Assembly: GCA_902384455.1 (NCBI GenBank)
Contig: CABMCB010000004.1
Coordinates: 1-64,000 of the forward strand
Direction of reading: 5' to 3'
DNA length: 64,000 nt
Source: an uncultured archaeon
GTDB lineage: Archaea; Altiarchaeota; Altiarchaeia; IMC4; SCGC-AAA252-I15
Position numbers and translations under genes: made by a program. Of the stretch, positions 1 through 6,809 are shown piece by piece. Position 1 is the first letter of the stretch. Every line of letters starts with the position of its first letter. The notes beneath the pieces were generated by a model. That model was not told where the DNA came from, made no database searches, and was given only the letters and a program-made list of their open reading frames with translations.

Positions 1-131
1 AGGTGGGCCACACCTTCGAATGCCTCGCCGCCTTCCGGTGTGATGGTGCAGGACGTACCCTTGGCACCTTCCTTGGAGTTATGTCGGAACTCCAGGGTGA
101 ACTCTTTGCCGTCGATTTGGATTTTCATGCT

Positions 132-413
132 TCAGCCTCCTGGCTGCAATTGTTTGTCGGGTATCCCACGGTCGATTCGCTTTTTGAGAGCGTCGATGAC
201 CTGCACCAAACTTGGACCCGTTTCCGTGTACTCGGCCTCGTAGAGGTTATCCATAGGCCCCTGTGTGACAGTAGCCTGGGCCTCCCACTCGCCGTTGATG
301 TAGTTTACCACAAGCGAGGCGTTATACTCCGCACAAATAGCGGAAAGTGCCTGCGTTGTGTGGTTTTTGCCCGCCCGCTTAGACGACAGCAGGATGGCTC
401 TCTTCTTCTTCAT
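132..413 (-). CDS. small P-loop-like protein; leaderless start MKKKRAILL
   Basis: ORF 132..467(-). A consensus TTGACA-17-TATAAT promoter on the - strand (449..421) places the TSS at the second ATG (413). SSKRAGKNHTT resembles a degenerate P-loop. Confidence 0.45.
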   Translation of the reverse strand: MKKKRAILLSSKRAGKNHTTQALSAICAEYNASLVVNYINGEWEAQATVTQGPMDNLYEAEYTETGPSLVQVIDALKKRIDRGIPDKQLQPGG

Positions 414-420
414 GGTTGGC

Positions 421-449
421 ATTATATAGGACCGTAGGAATCCTGTCAA
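421..449 (-). promoter_or_regulatory. sigma70-type promoter TTGACA-N17-TATAAT (minus strand)
   Basis: Reverse complement of 444-449 is TTGACA and of 421-426 is TATAAT. Arranged back-to-back with the + promoter at 451..480. Confidence 0.6.
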
Positions 450-450
450 C

Positions 451-480
451 CTTGACGCATTGCACAAATGCCGGTATAAT
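451..480 (+). promoter_or_regulatory. sigma70-type promoter TTGACG-N18-TATAAT
   Basis: TTGACG 451-456 and TATAAT 475-480. The ATG at 488 falls at about +1, implying a leaderless mRNA. Confidence 0.6.
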
Positions 481-487
481 TACTTAC

Positions 488-1234
488 ATGCTAAATATCT
501 CGTGGCTCATACTAACTTTGAACCGATTCGAGAAGTCCAGCATTGTCATCCCCCACAACCGCGAGAATGCAGGGTATCCTGTCAAGGAATTGGTATGGGT
601 GGACAACGGCTCGACTGACGGCATCCGCGACTTTATGGCCTCCCTCAAGCCTAACGTGTCGGTCCTCTATGACCATAACACAGGCGTGGCAAGAGGATAC
701 AACACGGCCATGGTTATGTCAACCGGCGATTGGATGGTCATTACCGGCAATGATATGATTATGCCGGACAACTGGCTTGGGCTATTCGCCAAGTACATTG
801 AGAATATTCCCAATACACATGCTGTTTCTATGTACCACAAGCCTACTGACCAATGTCCTGAGCGCCTTCGAGGCGAAAGGGTTGTGGAGAACGGCTTGGA
901 ACTTATCAACGCTCAAGCTATGGGACGCCGTATCTATTCCCGGGCCCTACTCAAGAAAGCTGGGTATCTACGGGAAGACTTCGGTCTGTACGGGTGGGAG
1001 GATGTTGAATGGGCCCACCGTACCGAACGGGTATGCAGGGAGAATAGCTGGCGCACCTATGTCATTCCAGACCTTGTTCCCAAGACCCTCGAACATTTTC
1101 AGGGTATAGAAACAGACAAATATGATAACACAGTGTATGTAGACTTCAAGAGAAAAGAAGGGGATGACCCCGACAAACGCAAGTTATTTCAGTGGTACTA
1201 TGATAACAACACGCCTTACTTTTCCCCATTTTAG
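488..1234 (+). CDS. glycosyltransferase family 2
   Basis: SIVIPHNREN...WVDNGSTDG motifs typical of GT-A/GT2. Start chosen as the first ATG after the + promoter 451..480 (leaderless); ORF frame 416..1234. Confidence 0.7.
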   Translation: MLNISWLILTLNRFEKSSIVIPHNRENAGYPVKELVWVDNGSTDGIRDFMASLKPNVSVLYDHNTGVARGYNTAMVMSTGDWMVITGNDMIMPDNWLGLFAKYIENIPNTHAVSMYHKPTDQCPERLRGERVVENGLELINAQAMGRRIYSRALLKKAGYLREDFGLYGWEDVEWAHRTERVCRENSWRTYVIPDLVPKTLEHFQGIETDKYDNTVYVDFKRKEGDDPDKRKLFQWYYDNNTPYFSPF

Positions 1235-1236
1235 GG

Positions 1237-1265
1237 TTGACGACTTAATCCTCCTGTGATACTAT
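1237..1265 (+). promoter_or_regulatory. sigma70-type promoter TTGACG-N17-TACTAT
   Basis: Preceded by TTTTAGGG like the other promoters in this block. Followed by about 355 nt with no convincing ORF. Confidence 0.55.
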
Positions 1266-1620
1266 GCTGTCACTGAGGCCGAGCCGGTTCCCCAGTTGAC
1301 CCGTGGGGGATACCATTGCCGGGGATAACGGGTATTCAAATGGCAGTACGGGGCCAAACCGTCGTACATTCCCTGCCTCTTTTCGGCGTGAACATTGGGC
1401 GGCGCTGGCTGAAAAAGACTACCTCGTTTGCACTGGTGGCCAACAGGAGAGGTAGAGAAGCGCGGCGATTGCGGAAGCGCGGAGTTAATCTCCGCCTTGT
1501 GTAAGAAGCACCCCGGTCCCTTCCAAGGACCCAGCTTGCCTGTTTGCGCGGCTGCTTTGGGGAGAACCCTTACTGTCGGTGTGAATCCGACCCCAATGTT
1601 CTTATCTTGCGGGAGAACAC

Positions 1621-1869
1621 GTGAAAACAACCATGAAGAAATTTATGCTCGTGTGGTGTGCGGTGTGTGCCATGCTCAACCTTATCGCCATCATCATCGG
1701 CCTCTTCGAGAGCGACTGGCATACGGTTTGGTTGAACTTCGGCCTGTTACTCCTCAATTCCGCCTGTTTCGTCTACTGGCTCCATGAACTCTGGAAGGAG
1801 GAAAAGCAACGTGTGGCTATTCAACAAGAATCTCTTCAAGCCCGGGACAGCCGTTCGAATCAAGGCTAA
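1621..1869 (+). CDS. small membrane protein (2 TM helices)
   Basis: GTG start after RBS GGGAGAA. Hydrophobic stretches CAVCAMLNLIAIIIGLF and FGLLLLNSACFVYWL. Confidence 0.5.
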   Translation: MKTTMKKFMLVWCAVCAMLNLIAIIIGLFESDWHTVWLNFGLLLLNSACFVYWLHELWKEEKQRVAIQQESLQARDSRSNQG

Positions 1870-2017
1870 CCCCCATAGAGGGCAAGAGGGTGTGGTCCTG
1901 ACCCCCGAATACGGCACGAGGTACGGAGGAATCCCCAAGGGAGCCGTGCCGGTGGGATACGGGAACAGAACGCGCCTGTGGTTTTGGGAGAACGAGCTGG
2001 AAGTCATCAAGCCCTAA
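1811..2017 (+). CDS. hypothetical protein
   Basis: GTG at 1811 with RBS GGAGGAAAA 8 nt upstream. Overlaps the previous gene in another frame. Confidence 0.4.
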   Translation: MWLFNKNLFKPGTAVRIKANPHRGQEGVVLTPEYGTRYGGIPKGAVPVGYGNRTRLWFWENELEVIKP

Positions 2018-2022
2018 GAGGG

Positions 2023-2052
2023 TGGACTTATAAGCTGACCGTGTGATACAAT
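2023..2052 (+). promoter_or_regulatory. candidate promoter (weak -35 TGGACT, -10 TACAAT)
   Basis: TACAAT at 2047-2052, 12 nt upstream of tRNA-Ser. Confidence 0.35.
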
Positions 2053-2064
2053 ATCCTCTCAGTG

Positions 2065-2147
2065 GGAGAGGCGGACATGGGTGCGTCAAGCGCTCTCGAA
2101 AAGCGTCGGGTGTAACAGCCTTGCAGGTTCGAGTCCTGCCCTCTCCG
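2065..2147 (+). tRNA. tRNA-Ser(CGA), class II, CCA encoded
   Basis: Acceptor GGAGAGG/CCTCTCC, anticodon loop CTCGAAA, T-arm GCAGG-TTCGAGT-CCTGC, long variable arm, 3' GCCA. Close to E. coli serU. Confidence 0.8.
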
Positions 2148-2167
2148 CCAAATTGAGGAGGAGTAGA

Positions 2168-2902
2168 ATGAAGAACTTAAAGATTTTCACTGTGCTGACT
2201 ATGCTCGTGATGCTATTCCCTCTCGCGGCTTGTAACAAACCAAGCCCAGCCTCCCCCGCCAAAATCACACAACCTCAACTTCCGCAGGTTCAAGCCTGTA
2301 TTGTCGATACCTGGGCCTGCCTCGGAACCAACTGCATGCCGTCAAGTAAGATTGCCATCGCTTACATTGTGGATGGCAACGGAGCCGCAGTAACCAATGC
2401 TGCGGTCACTTTGTCGTGGGATACCTGGACTTTGGAGCTTCCGTGCATAGGTACCGGGTCTTCTTCGGGAATCAATCAGCCCGGTATGACAGCAACGTCC
2501 ATTGATGGTGGTGTGTACCGATATGTTGCACTCGATTCCAGTATTTCAGGTAAAAGTTGTACCCTAAGCGTAGCAACAGGTGGAAGTACATACACCACGA
2601 CATTCACGTGCATTGATGGCTCCCCTTCCATTGTTTCCGGGGCCTCAGGCGTCACCTGTTCCTGGAATCCGGGCGTTGGAAACTTCAACACCATCGCGTA
2701 TAACGACAACGGAGCAACTACAAATTCCCGAATCGGACCTCCTATTCCATCGAATCCCTACATTCTTTCGAGTGGTGTATTCACCTTCCCAGGTAACGGA
2801 AACAGCTCGGTTGGTTTGTATTTATGGCAGGAAGACGGATTTTCAGGTTTAGGCTCGAATTCCTTCATCCTGACAAATAAGACCTTTGTTCAGTATTACT
2901 AA
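2168..2902 (+). CDS. lipoprotein (signal peptide with LAAC lipobox), Thr/Gly/Ser-rich
   Basis: RBS GAGGAGG; N-terminus MKNLKIFTVLTMLVMLFPLAAC. Confidence 0.6.
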   Translation: MKNLKIFTVLTMLVMLFPLAACNKPSPASPAKITQPQLPQVQACIVDTWACLGTNCMPSSKIAIAYIVDGNGAAVTNAAVTLSWDTWTLELPCIGTGSSSGINQPGMTATSIDGGVYRYVALDSSISGKSCTLSVATGGSTYTTTFTCIDGSPSIVSGASGVTCSWNPGVGNFNTIAYNDNGATTNSRIGPPIPSNPYILSSGVFTFPGNGNSSVGLYLWQEDGFSGLGSNSFILTNKTFVQYY

Positions 2903-2908
2903 TCAAGG

Positions 2909-2937
2909 TTGACTAAATCCAGAAATTGAGGTACAAT
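2909..2937 (+). promoter_or_regulatory. sigma70-type promoter TTGACT-N17-TACAAT (tRNA operon)
   Basis: Sits 11 nt upstream of tRNA-Ala. Confidence 0.6.
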
Positions 2938-2948
2938 ACTTATCTACT

Positions 2949-3019
2949 GGGGCTGTAGTTAAACGGGATAACCTCTGCTTTGCAAGCAGATGTTCAGGGT
3001 TCAATTCCCTGCGGCTCCA
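2949..3019 (+). tRNA. tRNA-Ala(TGC), CCA encoded
   Basis: G3-U70 identity pair, anticodon loop TTTGCAA, T-arm CAGGG-TTCAATT-CCCTG. Confidence 0.85.
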
Positions 3020-3027
3020 CCAAATTC

Positions 3028-3099
3028 GCCCTGTAAGCATAGATAGCGATGCGCCGGTTTTGTAAACCGGTGAGCTCGGCGCAAATCCGGGACGGGGCT
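3028..3099 (+). tRNA. tRNA-Thr(TGT), CCA encoded; unusual T-loop CGCAAAT
   Basis: Acceptor GCCCTGT/ACGGGGC, anticodon stem CCGGT/ACCGG, loop TTTGTAA. Confidence 0.7.
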
Positions 3100-3122
3100 C
3101 CAAGTTAAACTTTGAGGAGGTT

Positions 3123-3383
3123 GTGATGTTCACCTGCTGCAAGTGCCAGAAGTCTTCGAAGCCGGGCGAAAAGGGAATCATGGCTATCCTTGAAACCCGT
3201 CCAAAATCCTACACACAAATCGTCAGTGAACGGCATACGCACCGCGAGAAGGGTACCCTCGTCGAAGAGTTCGTCGACGTGGAACGACCCGTGGAAGTCA
3301 ACACTCGCCGGAGACGTACTCCTCGCTCGTTCACCGAGACTGTGCGCGAGGGCCTAGCCCACGCCACCTGCGTCTCCGCTTAA
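3123..3383 (+). CDS. hypothetical small protein between tRNAs
   Basis: RBS GAGGAGG 6 nt before the ATG; 86 aa; Arg-rich C-terminus. Confidence 0.4.
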   Translation: MMFTCCKCQKSSKPGEKGIMAILETRPKSYTQIVSERHTHREKGTLVEEFVDVERPVEVNTRRRRTPRSFTETVREGLAHATCVSA

Positions 3384-3390
3384 CTAACCT

Positions 3391-3464
3391 GCACTCCTAC
3401 CTCAATTGGTTAGAGGACCCGGTTGATAACCGGGCTGTTCGTGGTTCGATTCCACGGGAGTGCA
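3391..3464 (+). tRNA. tRNA-Ile(GAT), CCA encoded
   Basis: Acceptor GCACTCC/GGAGTGC, anticodon loop TTGATAA, T-arm CGTGG-TTCGATT-CCACG. Confidence 0.85.
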
Positions 3465-3470
3465 CCATAC

Positions 3471-3542
3471 AGGTCATTAGTTCAGCGGCTAGAATGTCCG
3501 ACTCCAAATCGGACGACGTTGGTTCGAGTCCAGCATGACCTG
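3471..3542 (+). tRNA. tRNA-Trp(CCA), CCA encoded
   Basis: Acceptor AGGTCAT/ATGACCT, anticodon stem TCCGA/TCGGA, loop CTCCAAA. Confidence 0.85.
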
Positions 3543-3549
3543 CCAATAA

Positions 3550-3623
3550 CCCTGCTTAGCTTAGAGGCCCAAAGCGCTTCCCTGTCACGGAAGAGAACGA
3601 GGGTTCAAATCCCTCAGCAGGGG
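3550..3623 (+). tRNA. tRNA-Asp(GTC), CCA encoded
   Basis: Acceptor CCCTGCT/AGCAGGG, anticodon loop CTGTCAC, T-loop TTCAAAT. Confidence 0.85.
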
Positions 3624-3632
3624 CCATACTTG

Positions 3633-3661
3633 ACACAAGCATGTGCTTATGGTAGAATTAC
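3633..3661 (+). promoter_or_regulatory. sigma70-type promoter TTGACA-N17-TAGAAT (tRNA operon)
   Basis: Sits 9 nt upstream of tRNA-Lys(CTT). Confidence 0.6.
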
Positions 3662-3670
3662 AACTTACAT

Positions 3671-3743
3671 GGGCCGGTAGCTCAATGGTTAGAGCAAGCG
3701 CCTCTTAAGCGCAAGGTTGAGGGTTCGACTCCCTCTTGGCCCA
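3671..3743 (+). tRNA. tRNA-Lys(CTT), CCA encoded
   Basis: Acceptor GGGCCGG/TTGGCCC (two G-U pairs), anticodon loop CTCTTAA, T-arm GAGGG-TTCGACT-CCCTC. Confidence 0.75.
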
Positions 3744-3749
3744 CCATAC

Positions 3750-3821
3750 GGCGTGTTCGTCTATCGGTCAGGACGCCGCCCTTTCAAGGCGGTAAGGTGG
3801 GTTCGATTCCCACACACGCTG
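3750..3821 (+). tRNA. tRNA-Glu(TTC), CCA encoded
   Basis: ACGCCGCCCTTTCAAGGCGG core closely resembles bacterial tRNA-Glu. T-arm GTGGG-TTCGATT-CCCAC. Confidence 0.8.
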
Positions 3822-3829
3822 CCAATTTT

Positions 3830-3914
3830 GGAAGGATGACAGAGCGGTAATGTGTCCCCTTGCTAAGGGGCAGCCAGGGTAAAACCTGCCCAGGTTCGAA
3901 TCCTGGTCCTTCCG
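3830..3914 (+). tRNA. tRNA-Ser(GCT), class II, CCA encoded
   Basis: Acceptor GGAAGGA/TCCTTCC, anticodon loop TTGCTAA, long variable arm, T-arm CCAGG-TTCGAAT-CCTGG. Confidence 0.85.
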
Positions 3915-3924
3915 CCAATTTAGA

Positions 3925-4009
3925 GGAGAGTTGGCAGAGCGGTAATGCACCTGCTTGGAAAGCAGGAGTCAGGGTAAAACCTGCGGGGGTTCAAATCCCT
4001 CACTCTCCG
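3925..4009 (+). tRNA. tRNA-Ser(GGA), class II, CCA encoded
   Basis: Acceptor GGAGAGT/ACTCTCC, anticodon stem CCTGC/GCAGG, loop TTGGAAA, long variable arm. Confidence 0.85.
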
Positions 4010-4099
4010 CCATAAGCATTGCTGAATCCGTAGGGAAAGCTTTACTCCCTCCTGGATGACGACGGTCAACCAGGAATCAGTAGCCACGCCTGAGCGCGG

Positions 4100-4178
4100 G
4101 GCGAAGTTGGAGCGAGAGGCATGGGTGAGTCGGGGAGATAACAAAGCCTCGATGCGAAGGTTCGATTCCTTTACCTCA
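4100..4178 (+). other. tRNA-like fragment (T-arm GAAGG-TTCGATT-CCTTT with no matching 5' acceptor)
   Basis: Canonical T-arm at 4156-4175, but no acceptor or anticodon arm could be folded. Possible tRNA remnant. Confidence 0.3.
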
Positions 4179-4209
4179 AAAGAAAAGCCCTGCGGTGTCA
4201 GAAGTGCTT

Positions 4210-4280
4210 GCGGGTGTAGCTCAACGGTAGAGCTCCAGTCTTCCAAACTGGCCACGGGGGTTCGATTCCCCCCACCCGCT
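4210..4280 (+). tRNA. tRNA-Gly(TCC), CCA encoded
   Basis: Acceptor GCGGGTG/CACCCGC, anticodon stem CCAGT/ACTGG, loop CTTCCAA. Confidence 0.85.
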
Positions 4281-4286
4281 CCATAC

Positions 4287-4382
4287 GCGACTGATGGTGT
4301 ATATCGGTATCCAGCCCGAGCAAAGCCGTCAGAAGGACGGAAGGACTAGGGTGCGAGTCCCTAGCAGTCGCAATCTACTGAT
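4287..4382 (+). tRNA. aberrant tRNA-like element (96 nt; 7-bp acceptor GCGACTG/CAGTCGC, 6-bp T-stem, no CCA, no clean anticodon arm)
   Basis: T-arm CTAGGG-TGCGAGT-CCCTAG and an internal hairpin CCGTC-AGAAG-GACGG. Possibly a pseudo-tRNA or an unusual tRNA such as a Sec-like 13-bp coaxial stack. Confidence 0.3.
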
Positions 4383-4496
4383 TCCAGACCCAGGAAAGAG
4401 GACCAGGGAAACTGGTTAAGGGCTGAACCTCTACCATCCCGTCGGAATCGGGGCATGAGGGTAGAGGGGAGCGATAAACAATAACCTCCTCAGTGA

Positions 4497-4567
4497 CCGA
4501 GCAAGGTGTTACGGTAGCATGCGTGGTTTGGGACCATGCGGCCCAGGTTCGACTCCTGGTGCTCGGA
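4497..4567 (+). tRNA. tRNA-Pro(TGG), CCA encoded
   Basis: Acceptor CCGAGCA/TGCTCGG, anticodon loop TTTGGGA, T-arm CCAGG-TTCGACT-CCTGG. Confidence 0.85.
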
Positions 4568-4577
4568 CCATTTTTAC

Positions 4578-4659
4578 GGGCGAGTGGCGAAATTGGTATA
4601 CGCACCGCACTCAGAATGCGGCGGGTAACACCGTGTGGGTTCGAATCCCTCCTCGCCCA
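4578..4659 (+). tRNA. tRNA-Leu(CAG), class II, CCA encoded
   Basis: Acceptor GGGCGAG/CTCGCCC, anticodon stem CCGCA/TGCGG, loop CTCAGAA, long variable arm. Confidence 0.8.
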
Positions 4660-4667
4660 CCATTTGA

Positions 4668-4738
4668 GGGCTTGAAGCATTAAGGTGATGCAAGCGGCTT
4701 TTAACCGCTAGAAGACGGGTCAGTACCGTCCGGGCCCA
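4668..4738 (+). tRNA. tRNA-Lys(TTT), CCA encoded; non-canonical T-loop GTCAGTA
   Basis: Acceptor GGGCTTG/CGGGCCC (two G-U pairs), anticodon stem AGCGG/CCGCT, loop CTTTTAA. Confidence 0.65.
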
Positions 4739-4752
4739 CCATTAGGAGCTGA

Positions 4753-5265
4753 ATGAAAGTCCTGTTCCTCGACATAGACGGGGTTGTGGTCCACGCGAAA
4801 TCAGGCAAGGACGTTCATCACCTCGCAATCACCTTGTGGGACCCAAAGTGCAACGAACGGGTCAAGAGGATTTGTCAGAAAACAGGGGCTAAAATCGTTT
4901 TACATTCGGTCTGGTCGTACAGGCCAATTGAGGAAATCAAGACCCTCTTCAGGGAGTATGGTTTCCCAGACGACATACTACACCCAGACTTAACGGCCAG
5001 GAAGCCGGGCGAAAGCCAGCGACAAGAAGGGGCAATCGAGATTTTCAAGGAAAAAAGTGACTATGTCAAGGGTTGGCTTAGCCGCCATCCTGAGGCACAA
5101 CAGGTAGTGTTAATTGACGATGAAACCGAAAACTGGCCATGTCCTTGGGTCAAGATACACCATGGATGGTACAGAGGTGGGATTCAAGAAGAACATGTAG
5201 CACGTGCGGTGGATATTCTCGGTTTAGCTGGGCCTGTGGCGGAATTGGCAGACGCGCAGCCTTGA
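4753..5265 (+). CDS. HAD-superfamily phosphatase-like protein (Pnk phosphatase-domain-like)
   Basis: N-terminal FLDIDGVVV (DxDG motif I), KIVLHSVWS, VVLIDDETENW. The last 36 nt overlap tRNA-Leu(GAG). Confidence 0.55.
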   Translation: MKVLFLDIDGVVVHAKSGKDVHHLAITLWDPKCNERVKRICQKTGAKIVLHSVWSYRPIEEIKTLFREYGFPDDILHPDLTARKPGESQRQEGAIEIFKEKSDYVKGWLSRHPEAQQVVLIDDETENWPCPWVKIHHGWYRGGIQEEHVARAVDILGLAGPVAELADAQP

Positions 5266-5313
5266 GGTGGCTGTGTCCGCAAGGACGTGGAGGTTCAACC
5301 CCTCTCGGGCCCA
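5230..5313 (+). tRNA. tRNA-Leu(GAG), class II, CCA encoded
   Basis: Acceptor GGGCCTG/CGGGCCC, anticodon stem CAGCC/GGCTG, loop TTGAGGT, Leu-type D-arm TGGCGGAATTGGCAGACGCGC. Confidence 0.8.
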
Positions 5314-5327
5314 CCATTATTTTTAGG

Positions 5328-5356
5328 TTGACATCCTTACTCCCTCCTGATACAAT
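5328..5356 (+). promoter_or_regulatory. sigma70-type promoter TTGACA-N17-TACAAT
   Basis: Preceded by TTTTTAGG. Drives paralog 1. Confidence 0.65.
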
Positions 5357-5476
5357 GTGTTCATGGGCAATTCAACGATGACAATATCCTTTACCAGAAC
5401 CAACGGTTCTCTTAATACGGGATATTGGACTCAGCATGACCCAGACTTAAATCCTACGAAAGAGAGCCAACCAGCT

Positions 5477-6064
5477 ATGACATCAGCCCCCGCTTCGTCG
5501 ACCACACCCGCTGCGAAGAAGACCCTCAAGCAGCAGTTGGAGGAAGCCGCTTACAAGGCGGACTGCCTCAAGCTCAGGACCGTCCTACTCGACCTCGTCA
5601 TGAAGAACACCCCCGGCCTGAACGGAAAAGCTGTCAAGCAGAAGGACCCAAAGGTGGCTGCCATCGAGGAAGTCATCAAGAACGGTCGCTGGGGTGGGTC
5701 TTCCAGCATGCAGAACGACGTCAAGAACCTCTGCGAGGCCCTTTTGGGCATCCCCCTCGACCTGACCAAGCCATCCTACATGCCGCAGCCGTTCATGTTG
5801 GCGGTCCCTCTCGACAACATCAACAGCCACGATTACACCGTAGGCAACGTGAGCATGTTCTTCTCAAGCGGTGGGTCGCATGCCATCGAAGTCGTAAAGG
5901 GGGTGGCGCGGACCGGAAACAGTCATGACGCCTCCGAGCTGGGAAACCCTAAGCACTACCGTTTCCCTTCCAAGGCCGAGGCCGAGGAGTTCGTCACCAA
6001 GGTCCTCTCAACCCCCAGCAACATCGCGGAAGTCAAGAAGATGGCTGGCAGGCATTTGCCCTGA
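5477..6064 (+). CDS. paralog 1 of tandem 4-member family (unknown function; C-terminal SKAEAEEFVTKV motif)
   Basis: Start chosen by homology with paralog 2 (MTSAPASS...KKTLKQQLEEA). Conserved ATPGL, PKDPKV, QPFML.VP, SHDY.VG, AVEV, R.GN motifs. Confidence 0.6.
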   Translation: MTSAPASSTTPAAKKTLKQQLEEAAYKADCLKLRTVLLDLVMKNTPGLNGKAVKQKDPKVAAIEEVIKNGRWGGSSSMQNDVKNLCEALLGIPLDLTKPSYMPQPFMLAVPLDNINSHDYTVGNVSMFFSSGGSHAIEVVKGVARTGNSHDASELGNPKHYRFPSKAEAEEFVTKVLSTPSNIAEVKKMAGRHLP

Positions 6065-6071
6065 GCCTTGT

Positions 6072-6104
6072 AGAGCGGGGGAGAAATCCCCCGCTCTTTT
6101 CTGT
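6072..6104 (+). terminator. rho-independent terminator
   Basis: AGAGCGGGGG-agaaat-CCCCCGCTCT followed by TTTTCTGTT. Confidence 0.7.
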
Positions 6105-6132
6105 TGACACACAACCCGTCTTGTGGTACAAT
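6104..6132 (+). promoter_or_regulatory. sigma70-type promoter TTGACA-N17-TACAAT
   Basis: Drives paralog 2; RBS AGGGAGG before ATG 6166. Confidence 0.65.
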
Positions 6133-6165
6133 GCTTTTAGTGAAATCAACCAGGGAGGACTTTGG

Positions 6166-6735
6166 ATGACGACAGCGACCAAGAAAACCGCCAAGCAGCT
6201 CTTGGAGGAGGCGGAAGCCCTCAAGATGCAGAAGGAATTGTCCGATTTCAGGGCGCTTCTCCTGTCGAAGGTGCTCAAGGCCACCCCTGGTTTGGACCCC
6301 AAGGCTCCCGTAGCCCCTCCTAAGGACCCCAAGGTCATCGAGTTGGAGAGAATCTTCAACACGGCCTCGTGGGGTAGCAGCAACACCAAGCAGTCCGTCC
6401 AGCAAATCGTCGAGGTCTTGGTGGGAACCAAGCTCAACACGAAGGACACGAAGTCGAAGCAGTTTATGCTGACCATCCCGGTGATTCCGTGCGCTGGCCA
6501 TGACTATACTCCCGGCAACGTGTGTATGTTCCTGTTCAATGGGCACGACCAAGCCGTCGAAGTCAAGAACAAGACCATCCGCATCGGGAACAGCATGCCC
6601 ACCAACCACCTGAACGACCCCAAGGTTTTCAGGTATCCCTCCAAGGCCGAGGCCGAGGAGTTCGTCACCAAGGTCGCGGCTTCCAAGAAGAATATCGAGG
6701 ACTTGAAAGGCTACCTTGGGTCGGGTGTCCTCTGA
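6166..6735 (+). CDS. paralog 2 of tandem family
   Basis: MTTATKKTAKQLLEEA N-terminus; shares the family motifs and C-terminal SKAEAEEFVTKV. Confidence 0.65.
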   Translation: MTTATKKTAKQLLEEAEALKMQKELSDFRALLLSKVLKATPGLDPKAPVAPPKDPKVIELERIFNTASWGSSNTKQSVQQIVEVLVGTKLNTKDTKSKQFMLTIPVIPCAGHDYTPGNVCMFLFNGHDQAVEVKNKTIRIGNSMPTNHLNDPKVFRYPSKAEAEEFVTKVAASKKNIEDLKGYLGSGVL

Positions 6736-6743
6736 AAAAACGG

Positions 6744-6772
6744 TTGACATCACAGTGCAGTTGATGTAAGAT
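6744..6772 (+). promoter_or_regulatory. sigma70-type promoter TTGACA-N17-TAAGAT
   Basis: Drives paralog 3; RBS CAGGAGG before ATG 6810. Confidence 0.6.
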
Positions 6773-6809
6773 GTACACACGTCGGAAAACTACCCAGGAG
6801 GTTTATCGC

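Noticed and set aside
3-437. 144-aa + strand ORF at the window start.
   Set aside because: It is antisense to the leaderless - strand gene 132-413, which has its own consensus promoter. No promoter or RBS supports it.
1262-1787. ORFs 1262-1630 (-) and 1428-1787 (+) in the noncoding gap.
   Set aside because: They overlap each other and gene 1621, their products are low-complexity, and no start signals were found. The region is treated as a candidate ncRNA or leader instead.
3423-4680. Short ORFs overlapping the tRNA cluster (3423-3680, 3768-3950, 3920-4255, 4056-4349, 4375-4680, 4493-4675).
   Set aside because: They lie entirely within well-folded tRNA genes and are artefacts of the ORF scan.
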